Positions 1 through 13,760 of a DNA stretch of 64,000 bases are shown one piece after another. Source of the DNA: Sphagnum compactum (lineage: Eukaryota); contig OZ234494.1 in NCBI GenBank assembly GCA_965153455.1, positions 8,370,001-8,434,000 of the forward strand, in the 5' to 3' direction. The notes under the pieces are model-generated. The model was not told where the DNA came from and made no database searches. It saw nothing but the letters and a program-made list of their open reading frames with translations. The position numbers and the translations under genes are program-made. The first letter of the stretch is position 1. Each line of letters begins with the position of its first letter.

Positions 1-898
1 ATCTTTTTTAATTTTGGGCAGTTTGAAGAGCATTCAAACAATTCGCAAGATGAAATCAATTTAGTGACCTGGCAATGTCGCATTGCTGATGTGAAGTTGG
101 TGATTTGGCAATGTGAAGTTGATGATCCGGCAAAGTGGTAAAGTGGATTGATGACTTAGCATTTTGGCACAGTGGACTTGATAATATAGAAAACGTCAAC
201 TCTGCAAAATAGCCAAGCAAACAATATTCCATATATTACAGTCTTTTTGTTGCATTCTATCATATTTCACACAATCTACTAAGAAGAATTATGAGGTACA
301 ATAGGTTACCAAATAGCATGCATTCATGTCCATGCTGAGTAGAGAACTAATTGAGTGTACTCCATGAACAGTATTCAAGTCTACAACCTGGAACCTGAAC
401 CATCAAATCTGATTTTGCCAAGCTTTTTCCACACTTAGAACTGCTATATTTGTAATCTTGTGATGAAAGAAAAACCTTTGCAGGTTTCGCATTGTGCAGT
501 TTTAGCAATTCACAACTATACCAGAATTAATCAGTGACATGAAGGTAATAAGTTGGAGTGCATTCCAATCACTTTACAAGCTGTGACACATAACACTTGA
601 ACACGGCGGAGAATGTTCACCTTTCTACCTCATGATCTAAGCAAACAACATAGCATTTGAGATTATTACACCTAGTTGTGGAGAACATAAACCCTATGTC
701 CCAAAAGGATTTCATGGAAGGACTCTCCATCAAGAAAGAAGTGAAAATCACATTCTATGATTATTATATGCATAGCTGTAAACAAATAGATAATTTTTTG
801 GAAAGATGGAGCCTCATGTGCAACTGAGTCTTAGCATTAGTGCACTCTAACCTATGCAGAGTCGTTCTAGAGAATTACTTTTTTTCTTTTATTGATGA

Positions 899-1400
899 CT
901 AGTGTAGCTTGTGTCATTGGCCCAAATGTGAACATATTCCTTAGTTTTCAGAATTGAAAATTTCTAAATTTGGCAATGTAAACACATTGAGGGCTCAACT
1001 GATTTTTCTTTCTGAACCCAATTTTTGCAATTTGTTTGAATTTGCAGAACAAAATTCACCCAAAAATCAATATCTTTCACGCCTTAGCTCTGAAATTTGT
1101 GAAATAAACTCTATGAAATTTAACTTGTCAAGGGCTTTCCAATAACACCAAGAATGCCCCCAAATTCCAACACAATTTTCAGTTTCGATTTTATTTAAAT
1201 TTTATTGAGCAAATTATTCAATAATCAATAGCTTCCACACCGTAGCTCCAAACAATCTCAAACCAAGTTGATGCACCCCTACTCATCAAGAGCTTTTTGA
1301 AGATACCAAGAACACAACATAAAGCACCATGGTTTGGGAGATCTCAACGTGACAAACAAAACAAACAAAACAAAACAAACTATTTTGTTTCATAAATAAA
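899..1400 (-). mobile_element. Non-autonomous Helitron-like dispersed repeat, copy 1 (~500 bp)
   Basis: Homologous to 22379-22868, 25034-25457 and 26767-27205. On the minus strand it starts TTTATTTATG (decayed TCTATCTATG) and ends ...GCTACACTAG followed by T. Confidence 0.7.
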
Positions 1401-2837
1401 ATTTTCATGAAAGTCATCTTATTGTTTGTTGTGCAATAGAGGAGAAATGAAGCACCTTAAGTTTTCCCATGTGAAATCAATAGTAAATTCTCAACTTGGC
1501 AATAGCAAAATTATGCAAACCTTAAGCATGCAACTAAAACAATAAGCAAAACAATAAACTTCATAGCATGTAATCACAATAACACATGTTGCAACAAGTG
1601 TAACAATGCTTTCATTATTAATAATATTTTAAGTGACCTCAAATGTTGTGAAAATGACATAATCAACAATAATTTTGTATGCATTCACATGTTAATACAA
1701 TGTGACAATTTTTTGTTAGGGTATTTTTTGTCATGAAAAAATCAAAGATAAAAAACCCATCACCTTTTGTAATTAATGTCAATTTGTCATAGCATCTAAA
1801 ATAAACAACCCATTGCTTTCTAAGCATCACCTAAATGGGAAGGTATCTTTCCTTTATTGTGGTTGCACTCCATCTACAGTTCATGTGAAGTCAATTGCAC
1901 AAACAATTTTAAATGGTTATTAGGGTAATTAAATTTGGGTCACAAACTTATCACAAATTCACATTGGACTTGCCATCACCCAAACTTTAATAAGAGTCAC
2001 TACACAAGCCTTATTTATATTGCATGTTTCCATGGGGAGTATATCCCTTGACTTCATTTTCTTGAAATTCTTAAATTCACCTCAAATTTGGGACATTTTC
2101 GTGTCCTATAATTTTAGGGGCTCATAATGCCCGGAAAAGTTAATCAAATTGAACATTTGAGTGAATTGTCTTATAGTTCTTGCCAAGAGCTTTTTAGTTA
2201 TGTGCCAAGGATTTTAATTAAATGTGATTTGTGTAGGTTTTAGAAATCGACCTATGAGTAGTTAGGATTTTTTTTGGTAATGTGTGTTACTTTATTCATG
2301 ATTAAATGGATGTATTCTTAGTTTTCGAAATGCATGCTCACTTTTTGTTGTTTTCCCTTGAATCCTTTTCAATGAGGCAATAACAACTTGATTTGGATAA
2401 ACTTTGTCTCCTTAAACTTTGCCCCCAAATATTCAGGATTCCTTAAAAGTCCAACTCCCAATGTGGGATGCAAAAGCACTTTCATTTGGATGAGTGCTTC
2501 ACCTATCTAATGACCATATTAGTGTATGTTTAATGTATTATTAATATTTCAAACTATCAATATTGCAAAAAATTTAATACAAAATGTGTTACATATATAA
2601 ACAAATTCCAAACATTTCTATGGGCTAGATTGTTTTTGACACCATGGATGGGCAAAGGATACTCACAATTACTTGAAAACGATAATGCTTGGAAAGGTAT
2701 GATTATTATTTTTTCAATTTTGTGATGTAGCCAAAGTGACCATCAGAAATAAGAAGATTGAGGCAAGTGAGCATTGTCATTAATCACCTAATTCCAATCC
2801 CTCATGTTTAGCTAAATTCCAACCTTCCTTGAATTGC

Positions 2838-3111
2838 ATCACAAACTTAACAACTCATGACTTAATAATGAAAATTATGCAAAATTCATTCATTCATAAT
2901 TTATATGTTTCATGCACTGATATCATGCATTGAAAACACATTTGACACACAAATTTATAAGAAGATGCAAATTTGTGTGACATTCATTCATTCATATGTT
3001 CGTATTTCATCCATCAACACATGATATTTGTGTGTTAAATGTATGAACCTATGAATGAACGAACTCTGTATGATTTTCATCATTAATTTGTCGCATACTA
3101 TATTTGTAATG
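2838..3111. repeat. MITE-like dispersed repeat with CATCACAAA...TTTGT(A/G)ATG ends; a second, interrupted copy lies at 3672-4628
   Basis: 2838-3040 aligns with 3672-3875 and 3016-3111 aligns with 4537-4628. Short imperfect terminal inverted repeats. Confidence 0.55.
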
Positions 3112-6100
3112 CACCCACTATCCTAATCAAGAACATGTCTATGTCTTAGTACAAAGGCCTAACATGAAACAACAAAACATGTTTATTTGCTACCATCACA
3201 AACTTACCATGTTTCATATGTTTGTACAAATTTTGTGCGAAATTTGATTTGCATAGATTCGTACAAAAATCACATGAATTCTATGCTATGGTTAATATGA
3301 ATGATATTTGTAAATATTCAATATTTTAAATATTCAAACCTATCCTTTTAAACCTTAATGACTATGTTTTGGCAAATTAAAAATCAAGTGGGACCTACAA
3401 AATGGTCAAAATTGGTGTGTAGCTTTGTCCCATGTTCAACCATTAACCACATTAATTACAACCCCAAAACTCCCTATGGTAGTTAACACACATGGGAAGG
3501 TTCATAGTTTTTCACCTTAGGTTTTTCACTAAGTAGTATGCACAAGTTTCTAAGATATCAATTCATAAGTGTATGTTTGTTTAAGGGTGTTAATCCATGG
3601 CACACAATTCAATAAGCCCCCTTACTTCTTAAAAATAAATGACAACCAACCAACATAATCACAAAAAACATAATCACAAATTTAACATCTCATGATTTAG
3701 TTATGGAAATTGTGCAAAATTTGTTCATTCATAATTTGTATGTTTCACACATTGATATTATGCATTGAAAACACATTTGACACAAAATTTATAAGAAGAT
3801 GCGAAAGTCATGTGACATTAATCCATTTAAGGGTTTGTGTTTTATTCATCAACACATTTATATGCGTTAAATGTGTTTTTAATACATTATCATGAATGCC
3901 AACAATATGGAATTCATTCATATGAATGTTCATCTATGACTTGTAATTAACTTATACTTACCTTCTAATTTAATTTAAACTCATTTTAATTTTTAGTTAA
4001 TTTTTAGTTCACTTCTAACTATCCATTAATTCATTTCTAGTTCGTTTCTAATTAAGTCTCAATTAAATTTTAATTAAGTTTTAATTCACTTTCAATTAGT
4101 TTTTAGTTAATTCAAGTTAAATTTTAATTCACTTTTAATTGACTCTTAATTAACTCATCTTTCACAGTTAGTTCCCACATGGATGGGCATGGGCCACATA
4201 TGGGTGCACATGAATCACACATAGGTGAACATGGATCACATGTAAATTGGAGGTTTTTAAGAAGTTTCCTTGAACTAGGTGCCCAATGGGTATAAATAAA
4301 GGTAAAATTTCACATTACCTTTAACATATTCAACACTAATTTTGGGTATGTATTGTTGTCATGGCCTTGTTTTGTTCTTGCCATGTTTTTGGAATAAATT
4401 CCTTTTGCATTCACATCATGACCATGTCGTGTTTTTGTTTTTGATTTTCTTATTCCATGACCTAAATGTAGAATTAGGCCTCCTTTTGTTCATGTGGTTT
4501 GAAAATCTTGTTGTTTAGTTCTTTTCGTGCCTGTGACACACATGATATTTGATGTAAAATGTATAAACCGATGAATAAACTTTGCATGATTTTCATTATT
4601 AATTTGTCACATGTTAAATTTGTGATGATGCACATAACCCAACAACACTAATGGGGGGATTTGCACCATAATAAAAAAAAATGACATGCATTACTACCCC
4701 CCATTCCATAGACCAAAATTATTTGACCTATTATAACAAACCATTGCAAAAAATCAAAAATTGATGGAATAGCACTCCACCACGTGTGAATGTAATAAAT
4801 AATGTTTACCCATTGGAACTTGGTTGTCGACAACCTATTGTGCACCCGCCAACTCCCACATAGATGGTGTTCATTTGTGGGAACTCATTGGTTTAAACTT
4901 GTGATTCAACCTCCATATGTGCAAGATATAAATTTCCAAAATTAAAGGTCAATTACTTCCCAAAATTAGGAAATTGGTTTATGAATTTCTTCAATGTTGA
5001 TTCCAAAAAAAAATTTGCATTTACATGTATGTAGTCTTCATCAAAACAAATCCATTGATGCAAAAATTCCTTAATCCGCCAAATTATATAGAAGATGTAG
5101 CCCTTTAAATTTTTGGATGGATGAACTTTCCCACATCCAAATAATGGATGAAAAAATACCCACGTGGATGAAAATTTAGAATTACATTTGTTGTTTGGTT
5201 ACAAGGTCAACAATGTGTAAAAAATGTTTGATGATAAGGGTGTTCATTTACTACCCTACCCAAACACTCACTAATTGAATGTTCATTAATACGTTAGATG
5301 AAAAAATATGGATGAAATAGAAAAAATCATTTAAATTATGGATGAAAAGACCCTTACATGGATGAAATTACAAAATTAAAATAAGAAAAAAACCCAAAAT
5401 ATTCCAAATAATAATAATGTGGTAAATTCAGATAAATGTTAAACATGTCCATTAAATTCAAGAAGTTTTATTTTATTTTAAAGGAGGCCCAAATTGGAGC
5501 CCCCAAGTCCTTTATTTCAAATCTTCATTCAAGTGTGTGAGCCTTCAAGGGAACCTAAACCTCAAAAGTTTGGGGAAAAGCTTCAAGCCCTTAATGATGG
5601 TCAAAAAGTTCATTAATCTCCACCCTTACTTGCCTTATTTTCCTTATTTTCCCTTTCTTCTTCTCCTTTTTTTTCTTTTACTTCTTGTTGTTATTATAGC
5701 TATGCATGTCTATTGTTGATGATGACATCCACTTGCTTGTCAAGATGCCCCACCTCACCTTATAGTTGATGAGGATCGACAATAAGTAGTGGTGACAATG
5801 ATTGATTGGTAATTGGATATTGTCGATGTTGGTGCCTACAAGTGTTGGTAATGTTGATTGGGAAGAATGTGAAAGTTGGAAGAAAACAAAATGCAAAGAA
5901 AAAGAAAAAGAAAAAAAAGGTGGCCTTGTGGGGGCATATTCACAATTAGGGTACCACTTTTTGACCACAGGATTTAAGGACTTTGTTTTTGCTATTTTCT
6001 AAATATAGAATCTAAATGGAATAAATTGAAGTGAGAGATAATGGATAATTCAAATTATGATCATTTTCATTTTGGTGGTGATTTTTCACATGCGTATGTA

Positions 6101-8331
6101 ATTATGCATAAATATTTTGGTAAAAAACCAAAAATGAAAAAAATAAGTACATAAGTTTTTATATACAACTTAACATGTTGTTTTGCATGAAAACTTCATG
6201 CACATTTTGTCAACACTTGGGGCCACAAATTCTAAGTCTAGTGAATACAAAAAATCAACCAAATGGAAAAAAAAAGGAATAATTTTCCTTGTTGCCCTTT
6301 CAAAATGGATTTTGTATCCTTCAAAATTCTTATATAGTATATTATTTAATCAAATGAATTATATGAACATTGCCAAACATAGATGTATGCATTACTTATC
6401 CATGGAAAAAATTGAAATCAATTGCATTGTTTAATACATTCTTGTTGATTCCTTTAATATGCAAATTGTAGTTAAAACAAGGACTCAATCTACTTAAAAG
6501 CACTCAAAAGAACATCTATATTATATCCAATTTATTCTTTATTTTTTAATAAATTAATTTGACATCATTTTAGTTATAGTCATATACCAATCCCCTATAA
6601 TCTTGAAATAGTAAATGTAATAAAAATCCAAAATAATCCTTCGTAGTCTTTTTCCATTAGACCGTCCTTTTGGTACCCCGATTGTGAATATGCCTTGTGA
6701 CAAAAATAAGGGCCTTCCTTTTCTTGTTTGCTTTTACAAAAATTTCACAAGTCCAAGGTACTAAACCATGTTTGAAATTCAACTCCTCATGGAGTTTTAA
6801 ACCAAAAACAAATACAAAATCACAAAAAAATTCAAGTGTCTTCTTTAGTTCAAGAAGTAGATCGAGAAATGCCCCCTAGTTGCGATTCCACAAACAAAAA
6901 CCCAACCAACACACCACACAACATCTTAAACCCCCAAACAAACTAATCCATATGCAAAGAAATCAACTAGCCTAGTTGTAGCCTAGTTCTTTTTTCAATG
7001 TTATTAATTTCAACTCAAGATTATTTACTCTTTTCATCTCTACTTTGACAATGGATCTAATTGTATCCACTTGACAAACCTGCATTTTCAACTCTTAAAT
7101 TTCTTTTGCTTTGATCTCCATAACTCATTTCTCAAGTTCTAACTCTATAACCTTCTTGTGTGGCTCTCCCTTCAAAGCTCCCTTTTTCAGCTATACCCAC
7201 ACTTCCTTCATGCAAGAGATGACATTTAGAATCCCAAACTCTAATCACTGCAAACAAAAAAAGACAGATAGAGAATTTGGGCACTACAGAAAACTGGCCC
7301 AGCTCTCAAATTTTTTGACATCAAGGGTACTAATCTCCTTAAATTTCGGCATTTCAAGCAGGTAATTTCTAGAAAATTGTGGTCCAATTTCTCATTAAAA
7401 AATCCTTTGAAATCATATTTTTCAGGTCAACAAATTGCCAAGATTCGCCGGAATTCTGTTTATTAGAAATCACCGCTGGATGCCCTGCCACAAATATGAA
7501 AGCGAAGACTCTTGTCAGTGGTCAGGCTTCAGCTCATACACTGGGAAGCTTACTACAGGCAAATAGAATGGATTTGGGTACAAAATCCCAGACAGAAGGT
7601 GTTATGAGCAATACTCATGTAAGAACTGATGACTCATGTATGACATTGAGCAGCGTCTAGGCTCCACACCAGCTTCACTCTAAACTTTGTGCAGGTAAAA
7701 ACTAAAAATATTTGGACAGACCAACAAACTCGGTTTATGCTAGAATGTCTGCTGAAAGATCAGTAGTATATAGATGAACAACAGGTAGGTACATACATAC
7801 TCTTTTGATCATACCCAGAACTCATAAATACTGAACCTGATCCCCAAGCTCCCAATCCCAAGCTGCAGAGACAAGCACATCTTATAATTGCACGTCTTCC
7901 AAAATGGCAGCATCCCCTCCTACCCACACACAGAAGTAAAACCGGTGATCAGTCTCTCTTTACACTGTATTTTGGATGAAGTATAGCGGTCAAGGAGTCT
8001 GAAGCTCGGCTTGGGCCTGTAAATGTCGACAACTTGCAGTGCCCCTCAACAGGGCTAGTACAAGGGAGTGTACAAGGTCCAGTTTTATGTGTATGGGAGA
8101 AGGGTTTCCATTTAGACCCTTCTGAGAGTTAAGGCTCATGTCTCCAAGCTGGTAGACCGAGGGGAAGCACCAAAATGCTTAAAAGAGTCTAAAATGCAGG
8201 CCCCCTTTCACCTATGTAAAGAAACGCTGGGGCATTTCTTCCAATTTCTTTCCTTTCTTTTTTTTCTTTTTCGTGAAAACAAGACACTCACAAAATGTTA
8301 CGTTCACGTTGACTGGTTGGTGGGATCTTAC

Positions 8332-8958
8332 CAGTGTTGGGCGGTTCTCAAATGCTGACTCGGTTCGTTGCCCGGTTCTCACAATGAGAATTGATTGACG
8401 CTTTTAAATGTGAGAACGGGAATGAAAACCAACCTCCGGTTCTCACATGACCGAGAACCGGTTCAAATGTGTGTGTGTGTGTATATTGGAGAACTGGACA
8501 GGTTCTCTCATAGAACTCAGATCCGGTTCTCAGAGTTCTCTGTATCATTTTATTGGTTTCCTCTTGTTCTTCTTCTCACTTGGGACTGCTATTCTTCTCC
8601 TGTTGCTATTACCTTTTTTTCCTCATACTGCTATTACTTTTCTCACATGGTGTTGCTCTTTTCGTGTGATGAAGTCATTTAATTATTAATTATTTAATCA
8701 TTAAAACCGATTCTAATTAATGAAAATTTTAATAATCAGGATGTTGTTGTATATATGAGAACCGACTTATTTGAGAATTGGTTGTTGTTCTATATATGGG
8801 AACTGACTTATCTGAGAAGCGGGTGAGTTTGATAACCTGACCATTTCTCACCAGCCCCAAAAAATTTATATATTAGAGAACCGATCAGGTTCTCATAACA
8901 TCATGAGAGAATCAGAATCGGTGGGTTCTCACAAAAAAGTGAGAACCACCCAACACTG
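8332..8958. mobile_element. hAT-type MITE
   Basis: TIRs CAGTGTTGGGCGGTTCTCA / TGAGAACCACCCAACACTG; exact 8 bp TSD GATCTTAC at 8324-8331 and 8959-8966; many subterminal GAGAACC/GGTTCTC motifs. Confidence 0.9.
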
Positions 8959-9338
8959 GATCTTACATGGGTTATAAGATCCCACATGAGGTCATGCCTG
9001 AGAAGCAATGGAAAAACACAAAGGGAAAATGACGACAGTTATTTACATTTATGCATTGGAATGGGGAAAATAAGGATAGGTGGATAGTATGTTGGATGTG
9101 ATAAACACTGATTAGGGGGGTGGGGGTCAAGATGCGAATGCATATTGCACTTCAGCCTCCCCTAGATACACCCAATTGGTCACAGAGGTTATTGTGGTGG
9201 AGAGTGTAAATGGGGAGAACGGCATGTAGATATGATTGTAACTACACCAATTGGGCACTGAGGTTAATGTTTCCATAGGGAGAAGCTGGTTCAACATATA
9301 TGACCAACATTGAAGAGTCTGATGGGTAGTAGTACTTA

Positions 9339-9712
9339 GAGCATCTCCAGCAGCGCTCAGTATGTGACCCAGCGAAAATATTTTTCACATCTAAGTTTAG
9401 TTATGTACTCTTCTGCAACCCCACCCATAAAACCGAAACTGGGATTGCAAATAGGTGGGTGACTACTAAAACCAAACCACCTGGATGAATCATTATGATG
9501 AGCCAATCGAAACACTGAGCAGCAGTTAGATCATAATTTATTACACTCTTTTCTGCAGGTGCACAGCGTTGCTGGACCTTTTATCAGCCATGGCAACGCA
9601 CACAATTATGTGGAGCCAAAACCATTTTCCTGAGCCAAACTGGCATACTTTGGATTTTCTTCAACCAATTTTGCTGTGCAGGATCACATACAGAGCACCG
9701 CTGGAGATGCTC
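9339..9712. mobile_element. PIF/Harbinger (Tourist-like) MITE
   Basis: ~32 bp imperfect TIRs GAGCATCTCCAGCAGCGCTCAGTATGTGACCC / GGATCACATACAGAGCACCGCTGGAGATGCTC; TTA on the left, GTA on the right. Related solo ends TGGAGATGCTCTTA occur near 10817 and 12399. Confidence 0.8.
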
Positions 9713-10089
9713 GTACCTGTAGTGAAAATGCTTGTAGTTGTTGGGTTCAATCTTGGGAGCTACATGGTGTGCCCATTTTATGTACTAGAGCTTCTCAGGT
9801 TCTTTAATGTGAGAGGGTTGAACTGTAGCCATGGCATATAGAGTTGAGTGGGTAGCCATGGCATCAGTCTTATGATGATGGTACAACCATTTTGTCTAAA
9901 GGAAAATTGCTCTCAGGGTCCAGGGACTGATACTGCTTGTGAATTATGACAAGAAGGTTAGGCAGTCTTCGATTATGGGCAATGTAAAGTAGTACATTTG
10001 GCTGTAAGGACAGACGGCAGTTTTCAGATATGAACATTCAGAGCGCCTCCACTACAAAGCACACTATTTGGGCCTCTCTTTGGGTGTTT

Positions 10090-10217
10090 ACCATGTATTT
10101 ATTTATTCATCATGGAGTGCTAATTATTTCCTCATTCCCACAGTGCCTTTTTTACCATGTATTTCTTTATTCATCATGGAGTGCTGATTATTTCCTCAAT
10201 CCCACAGTGCTTTTTTT
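10090..10217. repeat. 64 bp tandem duplication (2 copies)
   Basis: ACCATGTATTT(A/C)TTTATTCATCATGGAGTGCT...CCCACAGTGC starts at 10090 and again at 10154. Confidence 0.9.
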
Positions 10218-11234
10218 CTTTTTTTCAAATTTGTAATGTTGCTCAAGTGACAATCACCTGTAAGAATGTTTAGCCAAAATTTGGTGATAGTCAAAATAAG
10301 AAAATAGAAAAATCTTAATCCCCCTTAATTTCATGTTCTATGTAATAGACGGTTGTGATGATTTTCGGCGATTTTTTTTAAAATTTTCATTTTTGGTGAT
10401 TATTAAAGCAAGAGATTATGAAAATGCCACCGCTTGGGCCAATCAATTCATTATGGCTGGCTGAATAAAAAAGCAATTAATTTCTTTCCGAAGTGCCCTT
10501 TTGAAGAACAACAACACATGATGTAATTATTTACAGGTCCAAATGAAACTGAATTTCACATTAAAGTTATCCTTATACATAGTAATGAAAACACAGCACG
10601 AGAAACCCCTCTTTGGACATAAAGGGCATGAGATTTCTAAGAAATCAGTGCTGTTCTTGCAGCTACAAATATTTTTGAACCACATGCATTTTAATACTAA
10701 GTTTCAACATTGTATTGTATACCCATATTTAACAAAGTTTCATTATGTTACGGAGAACAGTACATAGAGAGGTTCATCCACAATCTATTGTCTATTAGTC
10801 ATTATGCTAATGCAGGTGGAGATGCTCTTAAACAGGACATGCAGTGTCCTGTTGGTCTTCCACTGATGTATTTCAATTGCCAGGCACAGGACATCATCTT
10901 AAAACCCACCTAGGTTTCTGGTCAAATGGTGGCATCTAACTTTAATATCCTTACACAAACTCTTCACTTATTTCCATACACTGGGGGTATTTATTTACTC
11001 ATGCTTCTATTAATTAGTCAGGGGTCCACCCACAGTTATTATTATTTTTGTATTATTTTTCATTTTCATTTTCATTTTCAGAAGGAGCCATTTGATCACC
11101 CGTATGTATTTCTGGAACATGGTGCCCTCCTCAACATAGAAGCTTAAATATGCATCCCTTTGCCCTTCCCCTCCCACTCTCTCCTCTTTACAACTTATAT
11201 ACATGGAAGTTGAATGACAACCAAACAATATATA

Positions 11235-11538
11235 GGGTAAAAATGAGGTGATATTGGGAACCTCCTAGGAAACACATTGGGAACTTGAGGGGAACATTTT
11301 GAGAACCTGATGGGAACACCTTGGGAACACAAAATCTATTTTAAAGAAAATCCTTGCTTCTCCCCCCTCCCTCCCCACCAAAACTCAAAAGAAAGGAATA
11401 GAAAAAACTAAGCTCCCTCGAGCCTTCTCTAATTGGTTGCATGGAATTTCTATTTTGAAAACGGTTTGTCACCATTTGAACCTGGACTAATACCCCCATT
11501 ATATCACTTGGGGGTATTTATTTATTTATTTATTTATT
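11235..11538 (+). repeat. Short interspersed element with GGGAAC motifs, 3' hairpin and (TTTA)n tail
   Basis: Repeated TGGGAAC/GGAACA motifs 11255-11330; perfect 10 bp stem AATACCCCCA/TGGGGGTATT (11489-11518); TATT repeats follow. Confidence 0.45.
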
Positions 11539-13249
11539 GAGGCCCAATGTACCTAAAGTACTAGGAGCCCTTCCTTCCTACACCTGTTGCCTGGTCTATG
11601 TGCAAAAAGACTTTGTCCTCTCCTCGTCCTAGCATTTCAAAAGAAGGTGAAGAAGCACAGCCTCCTCACAATGGCTAAGTGCTTCTTCATAAGTGAAGCA
11701 TTGAGGGTGCAATGAAAGCCATCAGATTAGTTAATCACTGGACTGACATTTCATTTCGTCAAAAAGCACTAGGACACGGTGAATCATTGGTGTGAAATAG
11801 GTGGAATTAGGTGTAGCAAGCAGCAGATCATCAATATGTGCACTAGTTGCAGATCACCCACAGAAGCTGGAACTGTAAGAAGAAGAACCTTCAGCACTGC
11901 CCTCGCTTATCAGTTTTCATCGCATCCAAGAATCAGGCTTAATTGTTTACACCTCCTCACCTTCCAAGCTCTCGCCCCTTCTACTGAAAATCTAGACATT
12001 ATTACGTTAAACGGAGAGATTATTTAAGTCTCATCACTTGGCCCAGTCATTATCATTGATCAATCAAAAGCATGCATTTTCTTTGAGTGCAGCTCTTGCA
12101 AGTGTCCACTGCCTTTGAGCAGACTTTAGTGTCAAAGTTGCAAATTTCACACAATTTGATTACTATACTTCATCTGAAATTATTGGCACAGAAGTTCTTG
12201 CTCGTGTGTGGTGGAGACTGGACGTTATTTTATTTTTATTTTTCGAATTTCACACTGCAATGACAAAAAGTTTGGAAAATTAAGGAATTTCTTTTTGTCT
12301 TTAGTGTACATTCGGGAAAAAACGAAGAAGCTACAAAATGAATAAAAAAAACATTGCCAAACTTTCAAAACCACAAATTTTTAAAAATGAAACCCTAGTG
12401 GAGATGCTCTTAGCTTTTTAAAATATCTTGTAAGGACCAACATTGGGTGTGTATCACACTCTGTAGACATGCGTTGCATCTGTTCCTCAATATTTGAAAG
12501 CAGATTGGGACCATTTGGATTTCGGTGCCAAATTTTGGTTAGAAATTTGGGTATTAGGCTCATGCCAAGAGTACACAAAGTTTTGAAACATCAGCCACTA
12601 GTAGCAAATATTGGTTTTGAAGTTTTAGTACCACCCTTATTTCAATACTAGTAGCAATAGTTTTTTTCTTTGAAACTTGTCTTTTTAATAACTTTTGACG
12701 CAAATTAGAGAAAGTTATGTAATTGCGAAACACTCAACTTAAACTTGAACTATGCACGTTCAATTATGCTAAAGTTGCATAATTTTGCACATTGAAGAAT
12801 TATACAACTTTAACCTTAATGAATTGTGTAAGTTTAGCTTATATGGATTGCAACCCAATAAAAAAAGCTTTTCAAAGAAATCAAACATGCTTTTTCAATT
12901 TCATCATCATTCTCTTCAAGAAAGTTTGCCTTGATTGCAAAGAAATCTTGTACATCATGTTCTACTTGTGAACAATGTCATGTCCATGTAGGCCAATTTT
13001 CATAAATTATGATGAATGAATCTAAATGAGATGTACCCAACCTACAATGACACAATAAACTTAAAATATTAGCAACACAACATGTTCTACCTCAATTTGG
13101 TGGTCAAGTTTTGTTCAAAATCATTGAGCATCTTATTGCAAGAAATTGTTGAATATCATTCAATGGCCTATTGAAGGGGTCTAGCAACTTAAACTACATT
13201 GACAATGACTCCTTTAAACAACAAAAGTTCATTATCAATGAAGCATATG

Positions 13250-13760
13250 TTGCCTCCTTATTTGAAGCTATAACACCTAATAAAAAGTCGTTATAAGCAT
13301 GCACACTTTTACAACATGGATGAAACTATAAACTAGGGAACCTTCATGAGAAGAGAAAAGGAAGAATGATCTCCTTATCATAACTTTGCACTAGCATTAA
13401 CGCACAATCATGGCCAACAAAAAGTTATTGACACTCAACCCTTTGTGATGGGTGTCCAACATAATTGCAAAATGTTGTGTGCATTTACTACAAAGAACGA
13501 CCTACATCAAAACACTAAAGAAAGGAGCAAAGATTTTAGTAACTATGCTAGCCATTCAAGAATACAAAATTACATGTTCAAATGTAATCGTTATATTGGT
13601 ATGGTGCACTTGACATTGCACACCATCACTTGTAATTTATGAAAATTGACATTGTAATGATCATAACATAAAATAAGAGTTAGTAACTATACAATTGATA
13701 ATACATGCATTGTTGGACAATCAAATTCAATGTTTTGGTGACAAGTCTTCCTATAACCTT
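13250..13760 (+). pseudogene. Possible highly decayed PIF/Harbinger DDE transposase fragment
   Basis: GGT GCA CTT GAC ATT GCA CAC at ~13603 reads GALDIAH, resembling the GAIDGTH motif; many stops and frameshifts. Confidence 0.25.

Noticed and set aside
954..1145. Mutually similar short ORFs (also 22672-22938 and 25309-25635) as a small gene family
   Set aside because: The similarity comes from the non-coding Helitron-like repeat; reading frames are not conserved between copies.
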